64,000 nt of DNA from Candidatus Cloacimonadales bacterium (lineage in GTDB: Bacteria > Cloacimonadota > Cloacimonadia > Cloacimonadales > JAIOQZ01), in assembly GCA_963665815.1 (NCBI GenBank), contig OY762463.1:1600001-1664000 (forward strand), written 5' to 3'. This document shows positions 50,845-63,412 of this stretch, in pieces. The translations under genes and the position numbers were made by a program. The notes below the pieces were generated by a model, which saw only the letters and a program-made list of their open reading frames with translations, did no database searches and was not told the origin of the DNA. Each line of letters begins with the position of its first letter. Positions within the stretch are counted from its first letter, which is position 1.

Positions 50845-51520
50845 TTTTCTCCCTCAAATACTCCTCCAACTTCTCAACACGTTCCGTTCTTCCTCTGCGT
50901 CTGTTAGCGTTAATCATAAACTCAATGGGTGGTACTTTAATTGTATAACCATTCCATTGTATAGTCTGCAGTTGGTTTAAGGCTGTTGGGCCACAATCAA
51001 CCGGATCAGGATCGTCTATTGCAGGGCTGGGATCAGATGCCAGGTCAATTCTGCCATGCAGGAACAACACTCCAAAGTCTTTCGTTACCCATCCACCGGT
51101 ATCAAGTAAAGGTTCTATAAAATATTCAGAGAACACTTCCCGGAATCTATCAATATCTTTGCTGTCGAACATAATGTCCACATCGTGCGGATTGAAATCT
51201 ATTCCTCTTATACAGGCAGAGCAGGATCCGGTCAACCACCAGTCGAGATTGTTCTCTTTGGTTATCCGGCAGAATTCCAGAAGAGCTTTTTCCCATTTAA
51301 CTTCGGTAAAGTAACCAAGCTGATCGTGCATTTCCAGTACGTGGTTTTCAAAGTTCCTTATCACGGAATCTATGTCAGGAGCATCTTCAGAATATTCCTT
51401 ATAGTATACATTGTCATCTTTATGGTAAAAACACATCTCAAGAACCGGGAAATACTTTGTTTCAACATCATACAGCTCAAAACGATACAGAGATCCTGAT
51501 TTTATAATTCTTTTTTTCAC
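50828..51520 (-). CDS. Nucleotidyltransferase (Pol-beta superfamily; Lnu/ANT-like)
   Basis: WWLTGS...RG...PHDVD motif. Confidence 0.7.
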   Translation of the reverse strand: MKKRIIKSGSLYRFELYDVETKYFPVLEMCFYHKDDNVYYKEYSEDAPDIDSVIRNFENHVLEMHDQLGYFTEVKWEKALLEFCRITKENNLDWWLTGSCSACIRGIDFNPHDVDIMFDSKDIDRFREVFSEYFIEPLLDTGGWVTKDFGVLFLHGRIDLASDPSPAIDDPDPVDCGPTALNQLQTIQWNGYTIKVPPIEFMINANRRRGRTERVEKLEEYLREKTNLAL

Positions 51521-51612
51521 AATTCCTCCAATGTGCTTAGTTTCGAAATACGATGTCTGGAGTCAAAAGCTTGTATGTCTCTACTACTAATTGCACATTT
51601 TCAACTTACAAA

Positions 51613-53553
51613 TCACTTCAGCATTATACACTTTTTAAGGATTGATTCTCCTTTTGCAGGTGTAATCTTATAGAAGTACACTCCTGAACCTACGCCATTA
51701 CCATTATTATCATCTCCATTCCAAATAACTTCATGTGGTCCTTTTCTCATTGATTTATTGAGAAGATTCTTAACCTTTTGTCCCTTGATATTGTAGATAC
51801 TTACATTGATATTCTGTTCTTCGGTAATTGAGAAACTTATTGTCGTTCTGGGGTTAAATGGATTAGGATAGTTACAGACATTATTAACAAGTTCAAGCGT
51901 AACATCATCGTTATCTATAGCACCATCCAGGGCTATTGCATCCAGAATAACTATATCATTATCGTAGCCTATTTTGTGCCAGGCAATTCGGATATGCTCA
52001 CCGGTGTAAGAAGCCAAATCTACTGCAACGTGTTCCCAGTCAAGAGTACTGAGGTTGTCTTCTTCGGCATGCCAGACTTCAGTCCAGTTATCACCATCGT
52101 CAGTTGTAACTTTTACGGTGTAGTCTGTATGATCCATTAATCCTGAATTATAGCATGTCCAGAATTCCAGATACCCGTTCAGTCGTTCATCAATAATAAG
52201 AGTTGGAGAAATCAGCCATTCATCCTGATAATCACTTAAATCCACGTAAGGGCAAAATGCTGAGTATATATTGAAAGGATCGTATTCAGAGAATGAATAC
52301 CCCTGAATGTTACCAGGTTGCCAGGTGAAACTGTTATGAGTGTTATCCAACATCCACCATTTAGGCGGGAACCTTACCTGATCGAAATCCTGTCTGAAGT
52401 TAGTGTTCACTATTCTCGGAACAGCAATGATTCTTGAAATTTCTACCGTATCAATTGTTGAATAAAGTGTAATTCTGATCTCTTCCTGAGAATTCTGCTG
52501 AGGATTGGAAGCGTAGATAGCCCATTTACAACCACTTATTTCACCAGTGGAAATCATTTCAGGGCTCATAGTTTGAGTAGCAGTGGAATTAGCAAATCTC
52601 AAATTCTCAGACAATTCCATAACGGCATACATTGTATCAGCCGGCACATTATGATTATTCCTTGCAAACATCTGAACTGTTACAGACGCAGGAAGAATGT
52701 CTTCGTAGTTCTGTTCGAAATTATCCAACGTTGAAACAGAGAGATCAATACTATCATTTAAAGTAGTAATATTCCCGAGTCCAATATACTGCCCGAATGT
52801 ATTTTTATCATCTACATCATAAGTTTCAACATTCCATCTCATAAACAGTCCGGGAGAAGTGATAGGTACAACCTGATCCGTTTCCATATCCCAGACAACA
52901 TTAGAAAGAGTATCTGAGTTACCGAAAATCACCATACTTGGAGCAGTTGCCTCAAGACCGTTGGTGATTGTCTGAAATACTGTACCATCCGTAATGATAT
53001 CATCATTTTCGTACATCTGTATAACCTGAGGAATCACATGACCGGAAAGTTCAAGAGTAGAACTGATCTGTTGCCCGTTCCCCCAGAACGATCTCGTCCC
53101 GGTACCGGGACATTGCGGAGCATAAAAATGAGCAATTCCTATATCATGTATAATCTGGTCCTGATTATCAATCTCATATCTTAGAGTAACAAAATGCGAG
53201 TTAATGAAATCTTGAAACTCCAGAATCTGTTTGATTTCCACATCCCCAATCTCATATACAGTTTCTATCCGATCCGAATATTCGCTCACACTATAGGGAA
53301 TCAATGCAGTAACGTTTGTCAATGCATCGGAATTGGAGTAAAAATTATCATCGAGAGATACAATAAAATGTGTATTAAATGTATCAGGATATCCGGAAAT
53401 AACAGAGTTACCTGAGGCATCCCCTATGTTAAACATACCCGTTGTATCATCTACAACAACCGTGAAGTGCGAATTATTGATTGAATAATCTTCTGCTGCC
53501 AGACTACAGAGCAGACCTAATACAGCAACAAGGATAAATACCGGCTTATACAT
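51613..53553 (-). CDS. Secreted protein with cleaved-adhesin/choice-of-anchor-J-like domain and FlgD-Ig/T9SS-like CTD
   Basis: Signal peptide, 'QDEWLISP', 'DLASYTG..IRIAW', 'NYPNPFNPRTTISF...GVYFYKI...KKCIMLK'. Confidence 0.85.
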   Translation of the reverse strand: MYKPVFILVAVLGLLCSLAAEDYSINNSHFTVVVDDTTGMFNIGDASGNSVISGYPDTFNTHFIVSLDDNFYSNSDALTNVTALIPYSVSEYSDRIETVYEIGDVEIKQILEFQDFINSHFVTLRYEIDNQDQIIHDIGIAHFYAPQCPGTGTRSFWGNGQQISSTLELSGHVIPQVIQMYENDDIITDGTVFQTITNGLEATAPSMVIFGNSDTLSNVVWDMETDQVVPITSPGLFMRWNVETYDVDDKNTFGQYIGLGNITTLNDSIDLSVSTLDNFEQNYEDILPASVTVQMFARNNHNVPADTMYAVMELSENLRFANSTATQTMSPEMISTGEISGCKWAIYASNPQQNSQEEIRITLYSTIDTVEISRIIAVPRIVNTNFRQDFDQVRFPPKWWMLDNTHNSFTWQPGNIQGYSFSEYDPFNIYSAFCPYVDLSDYQDEWLISPTLIIDERLNGYLEFWTCYNSGLMDHTDYTVKVTTDDGDNWTEVWHAEEDNLSTLDWEHVAVDLASYTGEHIRIAWHKIGYDNDIVILDAIALDGAIDNDDVTLELVNNVCNYPNPFNPRTTISFSITEEQNINVSIYNIKGQKVKNLLNKSMRKGPHEVIWNGDDNNGNGVGSGVYFYKITPAKGESILKKCIMLK

Positions 53554-53561
53554 AAAACCTC

Positions 53562-54680
53562 CTATTTTAATTGCAGGTATATTTTTTTTATGAGTGATGG
53601 GCTTATATTGCCCGGTGTATTGTTTACATGAGAACTGTGAGCAACTTCTATAGCCTGTTTCTCAATAAAAGTGTCTGTTATTTCAACATTAACATCTGTT
53701 AGAAGCTCTCTCAACCAGGAAAAGAAAACAAGCTTATTGATCCCGATAAAATGGAAAAGCTGATTAAGTTCATATTTTATATGCGGATAATATGCTTCCA
53801 TTATGTCTTTCATGACAACCCCATTTGCCAGTCCATGAGCAACACCATATTCTGTAGTAAGAGGGTAACCGATTGAATGCTGCACTGTTGTTCCGGTCTG
53901 AGCTATAGCAACTCCACCATATAGAGATGCAATCATGAGTTTTTCTCTCAGCTCATAGTTTTCCGGATTCTGAAGGCATTTTTTCAGATTATCATAAATC
54001 AACTTTACTCCCTGAAAGATTACCGGATAAGTCAGCGGATTTCTTCTTTTGGAGTAAATACCTTCCAGAAGGTGGCTTAAAGCATCAATTGCAGTGTTTC
54101 TTGTTACATTCTCACTGAGAGAAATTGTATAGGTCGGATCAAGAAAAGAGCATACCGGAAAAATAGCCGGATGAGCAATACCTTTCTTAGTGTTTGAGTC
54201 AGTATCAGTAATAATGCTGTACTGAGTTGCTTCGGAACCCGTACCGGATGTAGTTGGAATAGCAACTACAGGGAATGCTTCAGAGAAATCAGTAGAGAAG
54301 AACTCTTCTTTGGATGTTACATTATGTTTTGCAGCCAGAGCAATTGCTTTTCCTGCATCAAGCGGTGAACCTCCACCAATCGCAATAACATGATCACAAT
54401 TATTCTCTTTGAATATCCCGGCACCTTTAACAACTGAATCTACAGTCGGGTTTTCCACTATTTCATTGTATATCACATGTTCGATAGATTTCTCAGCAAG
54501 TACCAAGAGGATATCCTGTTGTGCTCCGCTTTTTACTGCTGAAGATCTGCCGGTGACTATAAGAGCTTTTTTACCAAATTCACTGAATTTATCTTTTGAT
54601 TTCTCTATACATTTCTTTCCAAGATGCACTTCTGTAGGCATGAAATATTTATTTATATCCGTTTCTTTATTAGAATACAT
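53562..54680 (-). CDS. Iron-containing alcohol dehydrogenase
   Basis: GGGSPLD, PTTSGTGSE, DALSH, HSIG, HGLAN; SD GGAGG before ATG 54680. Confidence 0.92.
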   Translation of the reverse strand: MYSNKETDINKYFMPTEVHLGKKCIEKSKDKFSEFGKKALIVTGRSSAVKSGAQQDILLVLAEKSIEHVIYNEIVENPTVDSVVKGAGIFKENNCDHVIAIGGGSPLDAGKAIALAAKHNVTSKEEFFSTDFSEAFPVVAIPTTSGTGSEATQYSIITDTDSNTKKGIAHPAIFPVCSFLDPTYTISLSENVTRNTAIDALSHLLEGIYSKRRNPLTYPVIFQGVKLIYDNLKKCLQNPENYELREKLMIASLYGGVAIAQTGTTVQHSIGYPLTTEYGVAHGLANGVVMKDIMEAYYPHIKYELNQLFHFIGINKLVFFSWLRELLTDVNVEITDTFIEKQAIEVAHSSHVNNTPGNISPSLIKKIYLQLK

Positions 54681-54910
54681 GGATTCCTCCGAATTTTTTC
54701 GCAATATTATTTATATAACGCTTACAAGTCAAAATTTATTTCACTTGACTGTGTAGAGCTAACTCGGAATTTTAATTAATTGGTGATAAATTCACTAATA
54801 ATAATAAGATAAAGATTTCTGCATAACTGAAGTAATAAACTATAAGTTATTGTCATTAATGGTTGGTTCTCTATTATGCATAAATCTCGATAAAGATACT
54901 TGGAGGAATA

Positions 54911-57369
<2,459 letters not shown>

Positions 57370-57403
57370 ATTATACTTTAGACCTTATATTGAGGTATGC
57401 ATT

Positions 57404-58207
57404 ATGATTAATAAGAATACTTTCTTGAAAATGAAGAAAAAAACGGATAAGATTGTTATGATGACAGCTTATGATTATCCGTCAGCCATGCAGGTTGAGG
57501 CAGCAGGAGTAGATGTTATTCTTGTTGGTGATACCGTTGGAATGGTAGTTATGGGGATGGAAGACACTCTTGAAGTGACTCTCAATGATATTATTTACCA
57601 TTGTAAAGCCGTGCGAAGAGGAGCTCCTCAAACATTTGTCATAGCAGATATGCCTTTTATGACATATCATATTAATAGTGAAGAAACAAAAAGAAACGCA
57701 TCTCGTTTAATTATTGAAGGAAAAGCTAATGCCGTGAAACTTGAAGGTGGAACTCCTGAAAGAATTGCTGCAATAAGAGATATTATCTCCTGCGAAATAC
57801 CTGTTGTTGCTCATCTGGGGCTGACTCCTCAATCTATTCATCAGATGGGTGGATATAAAGTTCAGGGAAAAGATTCCGAATCTTATGACAGATTAATTGA
57901 TCAGGCAAAAGAAGTAGAAAATGCAGGAGCTTTCATGCTTGTTCTTGAGGCAATTCCGGAAAAGTTAGGAAAAGCTATTACAGAAGAAGTCGGAATCCCA
58001 ACAATTGGTATCGGTGCAGGCAGATTCACTGACGGCCAGGTACTTGTGTATCATGATATGCTCGGTTTAAGCACTGTCCAGCCGAAGTTTGTCAAAGGTT
58101 ATGGGAAGTATGGTCAGCAGATCGTTGAGAGCATAAAAGATTATAAACAGGATGTAAAAGATAAAAAATATCCGGAAATAGATCATGTCTATTATCCGGA
58201 AACATAG
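57404..58207 (+). CDS. panB: 3-methyl-2-oxobutanoate hydroxymethyltransferase
   Basis: TAYDY, LVGD, DMPF, KLEGG, HLGLTPQ, GIGAG. Confidence 0.97.
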   Translation: MINKNTFLKMKKKTDKIVMMTAYDYPSAMQVEAAGVDVILVGDTVGMVVMGMEDTLEVTLNDIIYHCKAVRRGAPQTFVIADMPFMTYHINSEETKRNASRLIIEGKANAVKLEGGTPERIAAIRDIISCEIPVVAHLGLTPQSIHQMGGYKVQGKDSESYDRLIDQAKEVENAGAFMLVLEAIPEKLGKAITEEVGIPTIGIGAGRFTDGQVLVYHDMLGLSTVQPKFVKGYGKYGQQIVESIKDYKQDVKDKKYPEIDHVYYPET

Positions 58208-58216
58208 AGGTAAAAT

Positions 58217-58840
58217 ATGGACGAAGTAATCGGACAAGAATTAGAGCAGAGTCCTGAGGAGAAACTTCAGGCATTATTTAGTCTCAAGGCAAAACTTGAG
58301 GATGATTTTGTAGCTATTGGACAGCTTTTGTCAGAAGTAAAAAGAAAAGGGCTGTATAAAATTAAAGGTTATAACAAATTTAAGGATTTCATCGAACAGG
58401 AATATAATATAGCCGGAACATTTGCCTCAAAGCTGATTTCCATATATGATCTTTTTGTTGATGAACTTGATATAGATGAATCTTCTCTGAAAAACATCGG
58501 TGTTGATAAACTTAACATGATAAAGCCGCTTGTTAAAAACAAAACTTATTCGGAATCAGAAGAATGGCTTAACAAAGCTAATGAGCTTTCTGCTACTGAT
58601 CTGAGAGAAGATATCAAGGAAGTTCGTAAGCAAACCCAATCCAAGTCAATGAAAGAAGTTCTCATTGACCAGTTCTACGAAACAATGGTAACATTCTTCA
58701 ATTGCTCCAGAAAAGAGCTAAATTATAAACTGGCTATTTATTTTCAGGACACTGACCTTGAACAGGTTAAGAATGAAATTAAAATAAAACAGAGAAATTA
58801 TGAAAAGGAAAGCGAAGGGGAGGGTCCCGGCATTAGTTGA
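58217..58840 (+). CDS. Hypothetical helical protein (DUF3102-like N-terminal motif)
   Basis: 'FVAIGQLLSEVK...LY...GY..F..FI...Y'; SD GAGGT. Confidence 0.55.
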   Translation: MDEVIGQELEQSPEEKLQALFSLKAKLEDDFVAIGQLLSEVKRKGLYKIKGYNKFKDFIEQEYNIAGTFASKLISIYDLFVDELDIDESSLKNIGVDKLNMIKPLVKNKTYSESEEWLNKANELSATDLREDIKEVRKQTQSKSMKEVLIDQFYETMVTFFNCSRKELNYKLAIYFQDTDLEQVKNEIKIKQRNYEKESEGEGPGIS

Positions 58841-58881
58841 TAAGAATCAGATCTAAACAAAAAACTGATAATGAGGTAAAA

Positions 58882-60441
58882 ATGCGCAAATTAAAAATAT
58901 TATGGGTAGATGATGAAATAGACTTACTGGAACCGTTTGTAATATTCCTGCAGGATAAAGGATATCACGTGCAGAAGGTGTCTAATGGAACAGATGCTGT
59001 TGCAATGGTTCTTAACGAGAAATTCGATCTGGTGCTTCTCGATGAGATGATGCCCGGAATGGACGGACTTGCTACTCTTCAGGAGATAAAACAAATTAAT
59101 CCTAATCTGGCTGTTGTTATGGTTACCAAATCCGAAGAAGAAGGATTGATGGATAAAGCAATTGCCCGTCAGATCTCTGACTATCTGATTAAACCTATTA
59201 ATCCTAATCAGATTATTATGACAGTGAAGAAAATTTTCCAGGCTGATGAAATAAGACACAATCAGATTGGTGAAGAATACTCCAGATATATTGCTCAACT
59301 GAATCAATCTCTCTTCCAGAGTCCGGACTGGAATGACTGGAAAAACATATATAATGAAATGTGTAAATGGGATGTTGTTATCGATGAAATAAACGATCAG
59401 GCCCTTGCTCACACTCATTTTCTGGAAAAACGTAATTGTAATACCGAGTTCACAAACTACATATCATCGAACTATTCTGACTGGTTGCAGAGTGATGAGA
59501 GACCGACCTTCTCATTTGACGTACTTTCCGAAACTGTAACCCCGCTTTTTGATGAAGGTAAACCGGTTTACTTCATAATTCTGGATTGCATGAGACTGGA
59601 CCAGTATCTCGCAATCGAACCTTTCCTTCAGGAATTGTTTGATGTTGACCTTGATCTGTATTACTCTATTCTCCCAACTGCAACTCCATATTCGAGAAAC
59701 TCGCTGTTCAGCGGACTTCTTCCAATTGATATTGCAAGAATGTTCCCGCAATACTGGAATGACTCCTCCGACAATGAAAACAGTCGTAACAGAAACGAAC
59801 ATCAGCTTCTTGATGCTCATATTAACGATTTGGGATACAATATCAATCCAACTTCCAAGTATATAAAAATATTCAATATGGAAGAAGCAAATTTTGTACT
59901 TAGAAAAATCAATTCCTGGTCTAAAGAAAAGCTGGTTGTTCTGGTATATAACTTCCTGGATTTACTGGCTCACCATAGATCTAAAGACAGTATACTGAAA
60001 GAAGCAATTCCGGATGAAGAAGCACTGAGAGCATTCACAAAACACTGGTTCCTGCATTCAGCATTTTACGATGCACTGAAACAAATTGCTGAACAGGATG
60101 CAACTGTTGTTATTACGACTGATCACGGTTCAATTCGTGTAAACAGAGCTACTCAGGCTATTGGTGATAAAGATACAACAATCACTGTACGTTACAAGCA
60201 GGGAAGAAATCTGACATGTAATGACAGACATGCTATCTACCTGAAAGATCCGAAAGATTTCGGATTACCATCTAACAACATTGTAGATAACTACATATTT
60301 GCCAAAGATGATTACTACTTTGTATATCCAAATTCATTCCACCAGTATCAGAGACAGTATAACGGAACATTCCAGCATGGTGGTATATCCATGGAGGAAA
60401 TGCTCCTGCCATTGGCTGTCTGCCGATCTAAAAAGAAATAA
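58882..60441 (+). CDS. porX: PorX-like response regulator (REC plus PglZ/alkaline phosphatase domain)
   Basis: ILWVDDEIDLL, DEMMPG, TKSEEE, LPTATPYSRN, TTDHG, TFQHGGISMEE. Confidence 0.9.
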   Translation: MRKLKILWVDDEIDLLEPFVIFLQDKGYHVQKVSNGTDAVAMVLNEKFDLVLLDEMMPGMDGLATLQEIKQINPNLAVVMVTKSEEEGLMDKAIARQISDYLIKPINPNQIIMTVKKIFQADEIRHNQIGEEYSRYIAQLNQSLFQSPDWNDWKNIYNEMCKWDVVIDEINDQALAHTHFLEKRNCNTEFTNYISSNYSDWLQSDERPTFSFDVLSETVTPLFDEGKPVYFIILDCMRLDQYLAIEPFLQELFDVDLDLYYSILPTATPYSRNSLFSGLLPIDIARMFPQYWNDSSDNENSRNRNEHQLLDAHINDLGYNINPTSKYIKIFNMEEANFVLRKINSWSKEKLVVLVYNFLDLLAHHRSKDSILKEAIPDEEALRAFTKHWFLHSAFYDALKQIAEQDATVVITTDHGSIRVNRATQAIGDKDTTITVRYKQGRNLTCNDRHAIYLKDPKDFGLPSNNIVDNYIFAKDDYYFVYPNSFHQYQRQYNGTFQHGGISMEEMLLPLAVCRSKKK

Positions 60442-60460
60442 CCAATATCTGACATATACA

Positions 60461-60487
60461 AGCCTCTGCACGCAGGGGCTTTTTTTT
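60461..60487 (+). terminator. Intrinsic terminator
   Basis: agcctctgc-ac-gcaggggct-ttttttt. Confidence 0.8.
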
Positions 60488-60638
60488 ATTCCGGAACAGG
60501 ATATTACGTGTAGCCAAAGAACTTTAACCTGATGTAGAATAGAACGGGTGTATACCATTTAAGAATTAGAATAACACTAACGTTGCACACAATGTCTATG
60601 GCAAACTTTGCCCCTGAAATTACCCGATATTGATATCA

Positions 60639-60706
60639 GCCCAGTAGGTGTAAACTGTTTGCAGATCAACATGGCTAATAAAAGACTGAACTCCGTAGGA
60701 GTGATC
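60639..60706. repeat. Second copy of the REP-like doublet
   Basis: AACTCCGTAGGAGTGA (60689-60704) identical to 43497-43512, preceded by degenerate GCCCAGTAGGTGTAAACTGTTTGCAG. Confidence 0.7.
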
Positions 60707-60746
60707 CGGTTAGGAAATTAATTTTCATGTTTTTCGTGGTTAAAGC

Positions 60747-60772
60747 AAAAAAAACACCTGTCGAACAGGTGC
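60747..60772 (-). terminator. Intrinsic terminator
   Basis: aaaaaaaa-cacctgt-cga-acaggtg. Confidence 0.7.
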
Positions 60773-60801
60773 TGATGATTGAGGAGGGAATTTGTATGTT
60801 T

Positions 60802-61659
60802 CTAATGTTTATTTTTTAATTCGTTAAATTGTTGTTGAAGCTTATAGAGTTCAGACTTTATTGCTTCAATCTCTGACTTAGTTTGTACAGTATCCTCTGT
60901 AGTGGTGTGATGCATTGTGAACTCAGGGCTGTACACGAATACACTATTACCGTTAGGATTCACATCTATACTGTATGTTTCTGTGAATTTATCATAATCC
61001 GGATGGAGAAGCATTCTCAGGAGTTTTCCTTTCCTGACTGTAAGAATTTCTATTCCATTCTTGTGGCTCTTATCCATAGCAATAGAGTAAAGATCGTTAT
61101 TGTTCTCAATCTTGTTTCCAATTGCTTCGATAATGATGTCACCGGCTTTTAATCCGTTTTTATCTGCCGGACTACCATCAATAACAGTCCTTACAAGCAA
61201 CCCGTTTTTAACTTCAAAGAATTCCATAAGTTGAGGAGTAAGTGTCTGTGTTTCTACTCCCAGTACATTATTGAAGAATACGGAAAACACATTAACAGGA
61301 GTGTCCGGAGTAACTTTCTCTGCAAGAGTCAGCTTTACTTTTCTCTTCTTCCCATTTTCAAGAATGAGAAATTCCAGCTTATCTCCCGGTTTTTTACCTT
61401 TCAAAACATTAACAATATCTTCCTGATTATGTATTTTCTTTGAATTAATCTCCAGAACCAGCATATTAACTTTCAAGCCTGCTTCTTCAGCAGGAGAATC
61501 TTCCACAATAGCTGTAAGAAGAACACCATAGTCAGAGTTCAATTTCTTCAGAACCTGTTCGTAAGGCACTTCTATGAAGATACCTATGTAAGGCTCAGGA
61601 ATTGACGCTGCCAGCGCTCCTGCTGCAAAGATTAAGATAAGAATCAGACTTCGTTTCAT
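60802..61659 (-). CDS. Secreted tandem-PDZ protein with C-terminal coiled coil
   Basis: Signal peptide; YIGI...SPAEEAGLK and LGV...SPADKNGLKAGD; no protease domain visible. Confidence 0.85.
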   Translation of the reverse strand: MKRSLILILIFAAGALAASIPEPYIGIFIEVPYEQVLKKLNSDYGVLLTAIVEDSPAEEAGLKVNMLVLEINSKKIHNQEDIVNVLKGKKPGDKLEFLILENGKKRKVKLTLAEKVTPDTPVNVFSVFFNNVLGVETQTLTPQLMEFFEVKNGLLVRTVIDGSPADKNGLKAGDIIIEAIGNKIENNNDLYSIAMDKSHKNGIEILTVRKGKLLRMLLHPDYDKFTETYSIDVNPNGNSVFVYSPEFTMHHTTTEDTVQTKSEIEAIKSELYKLQQQFNELKNKH

Positions 61660-61670
61660 TTCTGTCTCCA

Positions 61671-62123
61671 CTAATACTGAAGTTTAACTTTAGGCTGCTG
61701 CCCTTTGTATTCACTTACGTAGAATATTGATCTGTTGTTTCTGTCTCTGACCTTCTTGATGACATAAGATTTGGATTCATCAAGATTGGAAAGATTGTTC
61801 ACAGGAACAAAATTACTCTGATCGACTATACTGTTCGGTGCACTCTGGGCAATACCTGAGTTTTCTGCAAATAACTGGTATTGTTTACCTTCAGCACGCC
61901 AGAATGCGTAGTGAGCCTTATCAGCCAAATCCGGTTTGAAAATGAATACTGCAAAAGCAAATACCATGACAACCAGAGCTGCAGTCGCAAAGGCAGGATA
62001 CCAGCCAAAGCTTTTTTTTCTGTGGAAATACTCTTTCTCAAGCTCGTATTTTAGTCTTACAGAAAACGGTCCCGGATGAACTTCCGGTGTGTTTATGTTC
62101 TCAAGATACTTTTTGATAGACAT
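61671..62123 (-). CDS. Putative single-TM anti-sigma factor
   Basis: Overlaps the ECF sigma stop; short N-terminal domain plus TM helix. Confidence 0.6.
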   Translation of the reverse strand: MSIKKYLENINTPEVHPGPFSVRLKYELEKEYFHRKKSFGWYPAFATAALVVMVFAFAVFIFKPDLADKAHYAFWRAEGKQYQLFAENSGIAQSAPNSIVDQSNFVPVNNLSNLDESKSYVIKKVRDRNNRSIFYVSEYKGQQPKVKLQY

Positions 62124-62646
62124 CTTCCAATACCTCCGCCGGGATTAATTTTTCTAATTTCTTCAGTGATCTGTGTAAATTGACTCTTAAAGTACTCTCT
62201 TTTTTTCCCAGCATTTCGGAAATTTCACTGAAGCTTTTCTTCTCGAAAAAACGTAATATTATAATATTCTGATCTTTTTCAGGCAGTTGCTTTATATACT
62301 GATGTATGAAATCGTATGAAAATCTTTCGGTCTTCTCATCAAGTACAGCCTTGTCGACATACATGTTTTCAATTTTCTTATGTCTTTTGTCTGCACGAAA
62401 ATAATTACTTATCTCACTGACTGCAATTCTGAACAGCCAGGCAGAAAACGGTATGGAGCGCCACTTGAACAGGTGTAGCTTATCCATAGCCTTAAAAAAA
62501 GTGTTTGAAACGATTTCTTCAGCATAACTCCTGTTACCAACCCGGTACATAACAAACCGGAATATATCAGGAAAGTATCTCTGATATAAAGCTTCAAAAG
62601 CCTGAATATCTTTTTTAGCCTGTAATACTAATTTTTTTTCGTCCAT
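62101..62646 (-). CDS. ECF RNA polymerase sigma factor
   Basis: AFEALY, FSAWLFRIA, region 4 'SFSEISEMLG....TLRVNLHR'. Confidence 0.92.
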   Translation of the reverse strand: MDEKKLVLQAKKDIQAFEALYQRYFPDIFRFVMYRVGNRSYAEEIVSNTFFKAMDKLHLFKWRSIPFSAWLFRIAVSEISNYFRADKRHKKIENMYVDKAVLDEKTERFSYDFIHQYIKQLPEKDQNIIILRFFEKKSFSEISEMLGKKESTLRVNLHRSLKKLEKLIPAEVLEDVYQKVS

Positions 62647-62778
62647 AATCACCTCTGCAAACATAACGCCATGCTTATGTTTTAGTTTCATGTTTTTTCA
62701 TTTTTTGCAGACTTTAAAAGTTGTCAACCCGGAAGTTATTGAAATTTAGGGAGTTCTGAGATCAATTATGATCATAAC

Positions 62779-63264
62779 CTACGCATTATTCACCTGACCA
62801 AGTTTCTTCTGTATCTTATGAGCAAAAGGAAGCTCAATAAACCTTGGTAGAGAGTTATGTTCTTTTTTGAATGTCAGAAAGATAAATTTGTGTTCCAGCA
62901 GATTCAGGTTCGCAGAAATATCATATAGCGGAGGTATAACAACAGTTACCATCTTCCCCACTCTGGCAAGCTCATCAAAAAATCGTTGAGGATCGTCCAC
63001 ATGTTCCATTGTGTGAGAGCATAAAACAGTATCGAACTGCTTATTTGCAAAGGGCAGGTTATAGATATCGTTTACCAGCACAAAATTAGGAACATCCTTA
63101 TGCTGGAAGATATCACAATTAGTTCCTCCACCGTCGGTTTTACCGCAGCAGATGTTAAGATCCCATTTTTGTTTCTTCAGGATTCGAGTTTTCTCAAGTT
63201 TGTAACTGATATAGTGGGCAATAACTACATAAGCAATAATAAAAGCGACAATAATATAAAACAT
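62779..63264 (-). CDS. Class I SAM-dependent methyltransferase-like protein with N-terminal TM helix
   Basis: LNICCG, LPFANKQFD, SHTMEH. Confidence 0.75.
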   Translation of the reverse strand: MFYIIVAFIIAYVVIAHYISYKLEKTRILKKQKWDLNICCGKTDGGGTNCDIFQHKDVPNFVLVNDIYNLPFANKQFDTVLCSHTMEHVDDPQRFFDELARVGKMVTVVIPPLYDISANLNLLEHKFIFLTFKKEHNSLPRFIELPFAHKIQKKLGQVNNA

Positions 63265-63412
63265 AGGAACTCCTTATTGATTAACTGACTCAACAGCAAG
63301 TCAAATTATGTAATCAATAAGTCGCAGCACATTCAAACCTCATCGCAGTGCAGTATACTGACTGTTTTGTGTCAAGGGAAATAGATCAATCCAAAAAGAC
63401 ATCTACGAAAAA

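Noticed and set aside
58882-60441. PglZ domain as part of a BREX defence system
   Set aside because: REC-PglZ fusion is the PorX architecture, and no brx genes are nearby
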